A stretch of DNA of 63,922 bases, counting the filler, from Bigelowiella natans CCMP2755 (lineage: Eukaryota > Protista > Cercozoa): NCBI GenBank assembly GCA_000320545.1. It is 5 parts of 5 records of this genome, joined end to end, with 100 filler letters (N's around TTAATTAATTAA, not from the genome) between each part and the next. Parts side by side here need not be neighbours in the genome. Positions count along the whole stretch, not along the records: positions 1 to 15,631 come from ADNK01000756.1; positions 15,732 to 38,025 come from ADNK01003379.1; 3 more parts are not named here. One strand, given 5' to 3'. Below are positions 13,216 to 25,400 of this stretch, in pieces. Under the pieces are notes generated by a model that saw only the letters and a program-made list of their open reading frames with translations, searched no databases and had not been told where the DNA came from. Positions within the stretch are counted from its first letter, which is position 1. Every line of letters begins with the position of its first letter. Position numbers and translations under genes: made by a program.

Positions 13216-15381
13216 CTCCAAATTTCTAGAAAATAGCCTCTCCGTAATTGCTAATGATCGGACACGCATAATAGGTCCCGTAGAACATTATTTGCGACAA
13301 CCATTGCCTCGAAAGAGACATGAAGGATGTGTTTAAGCTTAATTCAAAAAACCACAGTAAATTACTACTACGACTATCACGAGACCACACTCAATACGTC
13401 ACCACCATCATCACTGAGAGCAGCAGCAGTAGCAACAGCAATAATCGCAGCACTATCATACGTTCACGTGAACCACGCACCGGAATATCCTCGCCAACTT
13501 CCTTTCCCAATGCGTCCCATCCGATTCGGTTTTTTACCTGTGAAACAAACAACACTAGGCGTGAGCGAAGTGGGGAGAACAGGGAGAGGGAGAGGGGCAA
13601 GCAGCAAATACGGCGTTCTGCCAGACGCCATTCACACCGATACACGCGCCCATGCACAGTCAGGCACCTCTCTGAGCTGTCGCTGCAACTTGACGCCCTT
13701 TTCGAGAATCGTAGGATGATCCTCCAATGCTAGTGGGGATGATGGAAAAAGTCAGGGTGGGCGTGCGCTGGTGGAGATGCTGGTGACAACGAGGAGGAAA
13801 AGCCATGGTCGGTATAGCACGCAAACGTGTTATATTCAGACACCCGGCTACGTGCTTTCCAAACGCAAAAAGTCGAACAGGCACTCGCAAAATATGCTCA
13901 CGAAAATGTCGTTCGGAAAGCCTATGGAACAGCACCGAGGAGGCATGTTTGGAGCGCCCGGGTGAGTGGGGAGGAGTATATCTATAGGTATATGAAACAC
14001 GTTAGCAACAACACCAACGACGACGACGACAGCAATCAATAAAGACAGTCATTCCATGAAAACGTCTAAATGTACTTTTTTAAATCTAGTAAACAATGAT
14101 AAGCGAGCTATGGTACAGGTCAAACCAATTCTGCCTCGAAGAATGCCTTTTCATCTTCAGTGGTGGGCTCTTCCCCTAAAACGAAAGTCCAATTTGTAAA
14201 GCTGTTACGATCGAGAGAGCGAGTGCGCATATGCGCACTCGCACACGCACACGCAACTATAAGAATGAACCCTCCGAAACTACCGCAAGCAAAACTGTTA
14301 TCGTTATCGTCGTTGTCGCTGTGATTGATGTTAGAAAATGATCATGACGATTCTTCCTACCGTACGACATCCCCTTAGGCACATCCTGCATAATGTCAAG
14401 AAGACAAGTACAGCAAGTGAGGATATACAACAGCAGAGTACGGTCTATTCACGAGAAAATCCCCCCTTAGGGTCGAGGACACACCATTAACTTGGGGAAA
14501 GAGCCCTCATGCCCCCAACCCCCCTTCCTCCCTCCTCACTCTCCGCCTCCATCTGATTATGCAAATGCTGGGAGATAGTAACTCACATCCGATTTGATGT
14601 CCCGCCCATCCCTCGTCGCCTTCCAGCGGCGATTCAGAGCGCGAGCCTGCTCGATGCCTATATCATTCAGCGCGTGGTCGCGTTGGGAAGCCATTGCCGC
14701 CGCGCCAGTCATCAGAGCTCTGAGATGATGTATTCGTAAACAGTAAAATCGTCATTCGCTACTTGGTGCTTGCGCGCGTGGCAATGGCGCAGTGGGAAAA
14801 ACCAAGAGGGTCAGTCGTATCAGTTATGAATTCGTGAGTGTATGCGTGTTTATTGCGGGAAGGGGGGGGAGAGGGGGGTCGCATTGGATGGCCTCTGACC
14901 CTTCCTTCTTAATCTTGTGCTCGGCCTCATTCCATTTGGATTCGCCGTGCCTTGTATTATTCACACACGGGATAATGACTCCACACGTCGCTTTGTCGCG
15001 CAAATTCATCGATCTCAGGAACCCTCCCCCTCCCCCTCCACTCTTCTCCTCGAATCATACCTGATGAAGAATACTGTCTTCTCGGTCGGCCACTGGACGT
15101 TCTTGTACACACTGAAGCTCACGAAACATTTCTGAATAGAACAGCAGCAAAATCAGGGTGACAGGTCGGGAGGAGATCTTTGTTTGATACGAGTTGTTGT
15201 GTCTTTTCGAAAGTAGCAGGATCCGCACATCATGCACACACATTCGCAGCTATGCAGGAGAGGCCACCTCTTTGTGTGTCGCAGGTACAGTTTTTGGGTT
15301 AAACTTAAGCTCCTGAGGGAATTGGTATGAGGGAGAGAGAGAGGGGGGAGGGGAGGGAGAATTCAAAAACACGTACGCATA

Positions 15382-15476
<95 letters not shown>

Positions 15477-16171
15477 ACAAATACTGATAAGCGCACGTAG
15501 CACTCTGTAGGCCCTCAGCTACGCTGAGGAGTGGGTAAGGCTGGCCTTGATGCCCACTTTAGTCACCTATTAAGTTATGCAGTATACTCTATTGGATGCT
15601 AAGCTAGACGCTACTAGACTGGTACCCTATGNNNNNNNNNNNNNNNNNNNNNNNNNNNNNNNNNNNNNNNNNNNNTTAATTAATTAANNNNNNNNNNNNN
15701 NNNNNNNNNNNNNNNNNNNNNNNNNNNNNNNCCCCCCCCCCCAAACACGAGGCACTCAACCACCACACACACACATCAGGTGGGGGGTGGGTTACACTTG
15801 TGAGCCGAACGGCATCGAAGAAGGACAAGAAAACATCCCTCCCCGAAGGTTTTTTTTTCGAAAAGGATCGGGGTTGTGACGTTATTGGTGGCTGGTAGGG
15901 CCCTACGGTAAAAAAAAGGGGGTGTGGGGGGGGGGAGAGGAAGCAATGTGGTGAAATGGCAAAAATATCATCAGGTAATATATACGCCTCTCAGGAGAAT
16001 CTGAATACATAGCAATCTTTCGGACATCTTCTCATCCAGTTCTGTGTGTTTTATCAGTCTTCTCGATGTAAACGTTAGTTACTGGAAGGAGGCTGCAGAT
16101 GAATAGTCGCGTTCGGATGAGTCCCGACCGCTCTCCAACTCCCGTGGAGGTTTGGAGGTGCTCCCGCCCAT
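11726..16171 (-). CDS. Histidine phosphatase (phosphoglycerate mutase family), multi-exon; 5' exons lie beyond an assembly gap and are tentative
   Basis: Spliced motifs KTVFFIR|HGESKWNEA (RHG), DHALNDIGIEQA, IYSSPLTRALQT (~13935-13980), LRE|VKNRIGWD, IICVGHSLFFRE (~12470-12505), last exon DWNISRAKLMFSSTFK-stop at 11726. Candidate start MGGSTSK at 16171 is across the gap. Confidence 0.8.
15632..15731. other. Assembly gap spacer (N44-TTAATTAATTAA-N44)
   Basis: Identical artificial spacer with six-frame stops also at 38026-38125, 48757-48856, 62421-62520. Confidence 0.98.
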
Positions 16172-16936
16172 TGCAAAGCGGGTTTCGTCCAAATTTGATT
16201 GAACGCTGATATCGCTCTCAAAATCTAAACAGAAGAGGACGAGGGGACGGGGGAATTATCGAGAAATCAGTTGCTGCTTCCCCCCTCAAATTATGAAACA
16301 CTTTCCAATTCTCTTCGAGAAGGATGGCAGCGGCCATCGATTTACCTTTCTTCCACGTACAAAAACCTCGCAGATCTATTTGTTCTTATTGAGGTTTTCC
16401 AGTTTGCCGCTCTCAGATCCGGTCTTCTTTCAAGCTGATCAGTGGTGCTGTGTGAAAAGGGGTAGGGTGGGGTTGGGTGACACCATTTCGGGAGGATCCA
16501 GACTTATCGCTATCTGTTTTTGTCACTAATCCACAAAATGACCTCCATTTATTGCCGAAAATAACGTATTCTAAAGTCTCTTCTCTTAAATCGCGGAGTG
16601 TATTTGTTTTGTTGGCATTTCGAGGGGGCTTGGAGAGGCTAGATTTATTCTAGGAGAGAACTGGAATCCTTTCGATTATTGCGACTTGTAACTTCGATGT
16701 CGCTTTGTTTTAAACGCCCTCTTATTTCTGAAGTTTCACGAACTTTCTTCGGGATCGCTTCTCAGAAATTCGTGAAATTCCTGCCACTACGTAATTCCCA
16801 ACCTGCAAGTGAAAAACAGATTCTTTTGAGAATATGCGACAAGAGAATTTGTTGTCGCAGGGAAGAAACGACATCGGCCCTCATCATGCTTCAAAACCCT
16901 CTGAGCAAGATGCTTGTTTACCTTGGCCGAAAAATG

Positions 16937-17153
16937 TCACAGGCAATAGAAAGAACGTTTAGTTGATGCCGTGATAAATTGTGCGTTAAGACAGCAGCCC
17001 GAGGCGTCATGGGCTCAAAATTTTCTGAGCATGATGCTGATTTGTTGCTCTTTGCCTCCCTCATTTCTGGTAGCAAGCAGCCTTTATTAAAAAAAATCAC
17101 AGGCAATAGATTAAGAACGTTTGGTTGATGCCATGACAAAACCCTCGTTAAGA
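16937..17153 (+). repeat. Diverged ~55-bp direct repeat pair, 160 bp apart, upstream of the RhoGEF
   Basis: tcacaggcaataga--aagaacgtttagttgatgccgtgataaa (16937) vs tcacaggcaatagattaagaacgtttggttgatgccatgacaaa (17097). Confidence 0.8.
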
Positions 17154-17167
17154 GGAGTCCCCAAGGC

Positions 17168-17856
17168 ATGCTGTGGGCGCTACCTCGTCGGACTCGCTCC
17201 AGCCGGCCGAAAACTAGAGGTGCTGTGAGAGCCAGCAGCAGCAGCAGCATCCAGGGCCTGGAGAGTGCTGCCTCAGCAGTTGTCGAAGAACTTCATGGCC
17301 GGATAGAAGCGAAAAAGGAGGGCGAAACTTTGGGTACTTTATCTACAATCCCCCTCCCCCCCCCTCTTTCCCGCCTTTTATCACATCCCTACTCTTTTCA
17401 TTCAAAAACTATCTGTTCCAGGGTCTTTTAAGCTATGCTTGCAATGCGGGGCTCCCGTACTCCTCGAAGGAACTTGTCCTACCTGTGAAGTGAAGACGGA
17501 GGGGCAGGAAGCAGGTACCACCCAAAAATCAGCCGCAACTTTGCCAGTATATTGCCTCCAATCCAAGCAAACCTCTTGCCCGTCCTTAGAGAACCCAATT
17601 TGCAAGAACTCGGGAAGCGGAAGCAACACCTCACCGGGAGGAGGACCTAGGGCAAAGAAGAACAACTTCCGGCCGAAGGAAAGGGAACTTACCCCGAGGA
17701 GCTCACGGAGATCGAAAATTGAAAAGTCGAAGAGACTGCGCAAGAAAGTCGCTCAGGTAGCAGTCGAGGGATGCATTTTTATTATGGAAGGCGTTGAGCT
17801 TATATATCACCATTTGAGATTTTCCAGCTGCTGAGGCAGAGTTTTGATGTCGTTCA

Positions 17857-17910
<54 letters not shown>

Positions 17911-18904
17911 CATTACCTCTCTATCTATCTCCGACTTTCTTTGGTATTGCATCAGGAAATCTTGTCCACAGAACGAGAGTACGTCAACTACCTTAATACA
18001 ATCTGCAAGGTCTTTCTCGCCCCTTTGGAGCTGGTAAGAGGATGATACAGGCAGCATATAGCTGCAGCAGCAAACAGCACTAGTCGTCATCTTTAGCTCA
18101 GCGAATTAAATAATCGTTACGTGAGACTGCTCAATGCTTCGATGGTGGTGTTGATGATATCAACGCAATCACGATAATAAAGGGATGATGGACGATGATG
18201 ACGATGATTGTGTCTCTTTGCTCTCTTTCCTTCTCTCCTCCCCGCTCCCCCTCCATTGCCCTACGAAATTCCTCAACGTGATCATCGCCATAATTCATTA
18301 TCATCATCATCTTCATCAGCATCATCTAGTCAACCATTCTTCTACACGTACTCCCCCCCCCCCCCTCCCCCCTATTTCAAAAAAAAACCTCAAAAGAGTG
18401 CAGCCAACGGCAACGCCCCCATTCCAGAGGAGGACATCAAGGTCTTATCAGAAAATCACTATTAACCACCCACAGTATAACTTGCATCTCTATCGCTCTC
18501 CCTCTTAAGCATCCCGTGCCTATCTTCGATCTTCCCCAACAGCTTATCTTCCGCCGCATCAAAGACATCCGCGACCTCAACCAGAGCTTTCTCGAGGCAA
18601 GTCCCGCAAAAACCGAATCAGCAAATTACAACAAATAATACCGCTCACAATATTTATCAATTAAACATAGTTTCGAGCAGACAGAGCGCCGCCCCCCCCC
18701 CTCCCCTCCTCCCTTACCCCTCCCCCCCTCGATCTCCCGTCTGGTCTCCAAGCATGGGTGGGGTTCTTCTGCCTGACTTTTACCTTCACACAGGCTATCG
18801 AGCCGCTTATAACACGATACGATGAGGAGGTACTACTTGGGAAAACACTGTCCAAATTCGCACCGTTTTTCAAGGTGAAAGACAAATAGAGAGGCAAATA
18901 TATA

Positions 18905-18936
<32 letters not shown>

Positions 18937-19977
18937 CCATGCGTTAATGTCACCAGCAAGCAGAGTGCTGACCGTTCTAATCCTCTTCCCCTCACCCCTC
19001 TCCACTTAAATTCCTAGATGTACACGCTTTTTGTAAACGCCCATCAAAGTGAGCGGGTGCAGGATTACATGCGCCAGATTACCGGCAGCGGTCGGCAAGG
19101 CACATAGCGAGGGGAGGGGAGGGAGAGCGAGAGGGATACGTTCAGCCCCACGGAGGAAAAATACGACCCGCAAAACAATCAAACCTAACATGCCTATCAA
19201 CATCAAACTCTGCCTAAATCCTAAGGAAAATCTTTGAAAATCTGGATAAACAAATCCCCCTTCCTGCCCCCCCCCCCCCCCCCAGGAAAGTACGCCGCCA
19301 AAATCGCAGAAGCGATCACGCTCCGAAAGCGGTCGTCAACGCCCTCCTCACGAAGCCGGAGGTCGAGCTCGACAGGACGTCGGAGATCCAGCATATACCA
19401 ACAGCCCCAGCCCATCAACGAATGGGCCGCCTTCTGTATGGGGGCTGCCAAGGTTTCAGCGCGGCAAATATCAACTTTAAAACTAATTCTGATGAAAATG
19501 AAGTGAGTGAATATCGAATGATAAGGTCAACAAATCGCCCAATCTGCCCTCCCTCCTCATCCGGCCGGTGCAGAGGGTTCCAAGGTGATAGGAATGAGGA
19601 ATAGCAGCAGCAGCAGCAGCAGCAGCAAGCAACAACAGCAGTAGAGATTATCCGTACTACTTCTGATAAGATTACATCATCCCCGTTTACACAAGGTACC
19701 GGCTATTGTTAGAGGCTTATCTGAAATATACGGACGAGGGACACCCCGACTACCAAGATCTGCAGGAGGTGATCGATCGATCTCAGTCGCACATTCGAAA
19801 ACAGTAGAGAGCAATGATGGTCCGATATGCGACAGAAAATGGCGATAGCACTTTGAGAACATACGATTTGATTTCGATGTCCCTTAATATGCCATACAAT
19901 GTGGCTCCTACGACGAATTTGCAAGAACATGGAGTACGCTGAGAAAGGAGCATATCGTTGCTGATTGACATATCTAT

Positions 19978-20015
<38 letters not shown>

Positions 20016-20189
20016 GCCGTATTTTTGTGCGTTTGTTACCGTTCCCAGGCACTGATCAGCATACAAAAAACCGCGGATATGATAAACAAGGACGTGGAAA
20101 ATCAGAGACAGGTCAGATCTTGCTGTCGCCGTTTGTTCTCACAAATATTTAACATTATTAAAAGTGGAATTTACGAAGAACTCAAGCCA

Positions 20190-20241
<52 letters not shown>

Positions 20242-23200
20242 CGTCCTATTAGAGAGCAAAGGTGGAGGAGATCCAGACAAAATTCGGCCTTCAAGGTCTC
20301 GTTGCCCCGAGTCGCCGATTCCGACTCAAAGGCCGACTCATGAAGCGGAACAGAAAGCAGGGCGTTTTTAAGGAGTACCTGTTCTTTCTCTTCAGCGATC
20401 TTTTGCTTTATGGGTAATAGATACGAATAACAAATAGAAAATTATGGGCTATTTCAAACAAAAACTTCGGCGATTTACTATCGTAGTTGGTCATTATTGC
20501 TCTCGCTATGCTGCCCCCACCCCCCCCAACTCATGTCACTATAACGTTGTTGTTGTAGTAGTAGTAGTAGTAATGCATAATGCTGCTTGTAAACATTATT
20601 TGGATATTACCAATCGCCCCCCTCCCCTATCTTCATGTGTGCGTTGCAGGAAAACTGTCGTTGGGATTCGGTCGAGATATACATTGCACCAGCTTATTCC
20701 GATCAACAGGGTATGATGTTTGTGCACAGGATAAGCCACACTTCGTAGTGGTTTTGCTTGCTACTCCTAATCTAAATATGATTTAGCAGTAGCTGTAGTT
20801 GACATTTTGGGGAGACGAGAGGAGAGGGAGCGAGAGGGAGAGAGGGAAAGGAAATATGGGAAGGTTATTTGAGAAGGCTCATAATAAATATCAAAACAAA
20901 TTGGAAAGTAATAACAATGATGATGATGATAATGATGACAAGCGATGATAATAATACAGGCGTTCAACATTGTCCCGCTGCCGAAATCGGAGAACCCTCT
21001 GTCTTTCTTGTATGTAACTATAAATATATATATGAATAATGCAAGAGGGGAATCTAAACCGAGACGTCGATACGTACTTGTAGAGACGAACTCTTGTGCC
21101 CTTGCTTACCTTGATGCTGATGATAATGATAATTCTGATCAACGACAATGGTAATAGCTGCGAATGTCGTGGAGTTATAAAGTCGTATCATAAATCGTAG
21201 GATCGTGAATTCAAAGAAATCCTTCGAGGTTTATGCGAAGTCGGCAGCGGAGTTTCAGACGTGGATGCGCACGCTAGCGGTGACGACGACATGATGATGA
21301 TGATGATGATGATGATGATCGGAAAAGGGGAAGGGTGAGAAGCAGAGAGGGAAATACCAAAGATACACTGCATTCGAGAGAATTGCAGATTTTTGTTGAG
21401 TAGGGAAGTACATTTGTCATCGGCATTATTATCCTCTTCTCGGAATATATCAGGATGTGATGCAGCATCGTGCAGCAGCTGTGAACAATCAGGTACGCTC
21501 TTTTATCAGCCTTCTCAGAGAATATATATTTACGCAAATCATCGTTGGACGGCATGTATTAATTATATTTGTATGTTCCGTCTATCTTAATATTTATGCG
21601 CGCGCGCGTGTATGTGTTTGTTACATCTTCCATTGCTTAACAGAGCGACGTGTCATTCGTGGCGCCTATCTGGGAGAGCGACAACAAAAAAACTTGCCAA
21701 AGGCAAAGGTACACTGCTAACATTATGATGATGTATTGTGGTGAACGAGGGTTCTTTCTTGAAAAAAAACATGAAGATCAAATTCCAATACGGACAAATC
21801 AAATGAAATAAAAAGCTATACTCCCCTTCGAGGGTCATATCCCTTCTTCCTCATCGATAAGGGCTTTATCTTGCCCCTGTCATGTCCCAGTAACGCCATG
21901 TGAAATGCATTCTTAATCTAAGGAATAAGAAGGGCTTGCCGTGCGGAACGACATTTTCCTTTTTCCGAAGACGGTAGGTTACTTCTTAACCATCATCACG
22001 TTTTCCTACACAGCACTGGAATAATTCAAAATAAACTGTCTTGTCCCCACTCTCTCTCCCCCCTTTTCTCTCTCATTTGAGTAGGATACACATAAATTTC
22101 ATCTCATAAACAGTATTGCACTTACACACATAAATCCCAACCCCCACCCTAACCATTGATATTTTTCCTTTCCAATAACGTCCTTCATAGGCACCATTGC
22201 CGTTGCTGTGGCGTGCTGTGCTGCAGCGAATGCTCTCCGTAAGTGCTTAAAATAGCAGCTGTTATAGTAGTAGTCGTAGTAGTAATAATAGTAGGAGTAT
22301 AGTACTCGGTGGTATGAACCGATATGGTTAGCCTATCTGTGTTCAGAAGAATCAACAAGACTACTAGCCTAGTTTGATACACACCATACATTTGTATGTA
22401 ATATTAACATACAAACTGCTAAAAAAGGTACCGTGTTTATCTCACGGAGGATGCAAGCTGCCGAGTCAGGTGATTGAAATTGTGATGGTTGTGATATACA
22501 ATATAATAGTGGTTACATTGGGAGTATGGAGCCGACAACTACGACAGCAATAGTCATAAAAATGTTTTTATAACTAATTGCTACCATCCAACATCAACAA
22601 CAAGAATAAAAAGAAAAACAGTATGACTAACGCTTCTCGATCTTTTCTGCATACTCCCTACTTGCCTAGGGTCTGCACAGAGTGCGTCTGGGGCATGATG
22701 GAGCTGGACAAGAACCAAACACTGTGAGAGTGAACGAACAAAGGAAGAATATAGCAACGAAGGACGACGATGAAAATATCGCCAAACAACAACAACGAAA
22801 GAAATTAAGAATCTATGACAATTAAAGCTCAATAAGCACTTCCTTCGCTATTTCGCACGCGCGCACATAGGCTATGTTTGTGAGTACGCGCATATATCTA
22901 TGGCTCGATCCGCCATCTTTCCATCCACATCATAATTCCGATAATCCTAGGTATCGTCGATCTCAGCTCCCCCCTCTCCGTTCCGAATCACCCCTCCACC
23001 AGCGCACATCCTACTCTCCAGGAAGCAGCCGAAGGCGTAGCAGCTTCTTTTATTCTACCAATGGCAGCGTTCTGCGGACGGATATGGGGAGGAGGAGGCG
23101 ATCTTCAATTGCTTCTCAGGCTGAGCACATCGACTCTATGATGAGAGGGGATGAGGACGACGAGGACGGCAGGAATTCAGAAATGACGCCGCAACTTGAG

Positions 23201-24345
23201 AAGGTAGATATGTGCGTTTGTGCGCAGCAATATGCAAAGGAAGACAATGTGCAGTGAAAACACGCCTTGTGAATGCTCAAAATTGAAAATTTGCGGTCAA
23301 GAACATAAGGGATATTGTATGTGTGTGTATTCGTAAATGCAGTCGTAAGTGCAGGTGTGTGTAGTGGTGATTTACCGTACGACACGCCTGTGTCTGCTAT
23401 ATTTATCCATTCCCTTATCATTTTCTCACCGAGTTGTTGCTACTACGTTCCTAGCTTCATGGTGCTGCTAGAAGGAGCAGCAGCGAGAGAGGTAGGAGGA
23501 GCAGCAGCCAACAATATCGCGTGACTAGTGGTCACAGCTACCACAAAAACTTTGGGAAGGCGACGCGTAATAGCAACAGTATGAGCTGCGACATGAGCCG
23601 TTCCTCTTACCCCTTCGATACCGATGGAGAATCTTCAATTATCAATGACACAGGACTGAAGGAGAGTTTTGATGAGGGGGATGTTGATGACGGTGAAGAA
23701 AAACATAATCGCATTGGGGAGGAGGAGGACGTCTCAACGCCTCAAAGTCATGATGACCACGCAGACCGCGTACATCCGAAAGAGGAGGAGGAGGAGGAAA
23801 AGAGTACAAATAGAAAAATGGCACAGACACAGGGATGGGAAAAGGAGATCAGCAGAAATATCAGAAGAAACGATGAAGGGCAAATAGCTAGCGAATGTGT
23901 GGCCGAAACTCTTCCCAACGAGCTACAAAAAAAGAGGCAGGAATACAATTCCCCCCCCACCTGGATTACACATAGAAGCGGTCGGACACATGGACGATCA
24001 GCATCAGCAAAGCTTTTTTTCTACACCAACTCAACTAAAAAATCAAAGCCTTTCCGTTCCCCTCCCGCCCGCATAAATCGCAATCAAGGAACGGCACACA
24101 GATGGAAAGTGAGGGCGAGGGGTACAACCCACAGCACTGCGGAGAGCGGCAGCAGAAAGATGAAGGTCCTCGAGGAAGAGAGGGGAGAAACAAGCAGAGA
24201 TAATCGTGGGGACGAGGAACAATATCAGCGAACTGCACCTCGGGTTGGGGAAAGTGTTCAAGAGAGTATTACGAACAACCATTACAAAGTATCCATCGTC
24301 AAGAGAGAGACCGAGGAAAATCCACTTAATGTGATCGAAATTTGA
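17168..24345 (+). CDS. FGD-like Rho guanine-nucleotide exchange factor (N-terminal CxxC-CxxC, DH, PH, FYVE, disordered tail)
   Basis: DH: QEILSTEREYVNYL...LPSLLIRPVQRVPR|YRLLLEAYLKYTDEGHPDY. PH: RRFRLKGRLMK...YLFFLFSDLLLY. FYVE: APIWESDNKKTC...FSFFRRR|HHCRCCGVLCCSECS...RVCTEC. CLQCGAPVLLEGTCPTC in exon 2. Confidence 0.9.
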
Positions 24346-24480
24346 GCAAGATGTGATAGTGCAAACTCATTTGCAACTCATCTAGTCTTGATGTACAAAA
24401 TAGCAAGATGCATCATGGAATAATTTTCAAACAGTGTTGATCGTGTCCCACAATGATGAACTTTTGTTAGCCTGCAGTCC

Positions 24481-24960
24481 CATCAATTGTTGCACTGTCT
24501 AGCTTTTGTGCATTCATCAGATTTGCCCAAGTCATGCACCCATGATGTGAATCAAAGTGAAAATGTGCAGCACACTCTGCATCTCTGGATCTGCATGCAC
24601 TGCTGCTGCGCTCATCTGGACAAGTCTAGAAGTGTCCACACATCTCTAGATCTCCTCACAAACCTCTTGACCTGCTAGCCTGCCATCGCTGGATTGGTCC
24701 ATGATGCGTGCTCCATCGTTGTCGTCTAGTCATTTCAAGCTAGCAAGGTTTCCTGATTCCTGAACGTGTTTGTTCCATCAAATCACTCACCCACTCCGGT
24801 GCTCATCCTTTTCTCCCAACCTGCTAGCTTGGAAAAACATCAAGGGAGCAAGTGCGGCGTGAAAGCTACAGATGAACATCGTCGTTGAGTTCCTGGACTT
24901 TCAGACGTCAATGTGCAAAATGTGAACAATGAACATTGAGGAAGGAAGCCATTTCTTGAT
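24481..24960. other. TpA-depleted non-coding island
   Basis: Manual count: 8 TpA in 480 bp (7 CTAG, 1 CTAC). Confidence 0.85.
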
Positions 24961-25400
24961 CATCGCTTAGGAGCGACACGATTGTTTCAACTAGTGCTAA
25001 TTTCAGAGTTGCATCAGGTGCGACAAGGATTCAACTAGGACTCAGACCGCAATTCGACTGAGATTGGCACTTAGGAATTAGCTCAAATTACGCCTGCATT
25101 TCTTGTTTTTTTTGGGAGATGGAAGCCCGATGAAGCCGGATTCCGATCCCATGACATCCACAATGTAGAATCGAGTACGCCGTATCTCAGAATGGAGATG
25201 TCTTTTGTCTCTTTCAAAGGCATCGAGAACTAACACAATTTCGGTTGGCGACAAGTAAAAAGAGTCGTTCCAAGCATTATTGTCCTCGGGTGTCGAATTT
25301 GTTTTGACGTTGTTTTTCTGATTTTTTCCTCTCGCTTTCGATTGTTCCTCAAAACCCTTTGTCTCCTATCGGGCAACTAGTTCTGTAGTAGACTTTCCAC

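Noticed and set aside
15676-15687. TTAATTAATTAA palindrome recurring four times
   Set aside because: Always centred in 88 Ns; artificial six-frame-stop scaffolding spacer.
21860-21975. Apparent in-frame TAA before the FYVE motif (possible stop readthrough or recoding)
   Set aside because: The true FYVE start (APIWESDNKKTC) is in the ~21644-21708 exon and splices to an acceptor at ~21922, so the TAA is intronic.
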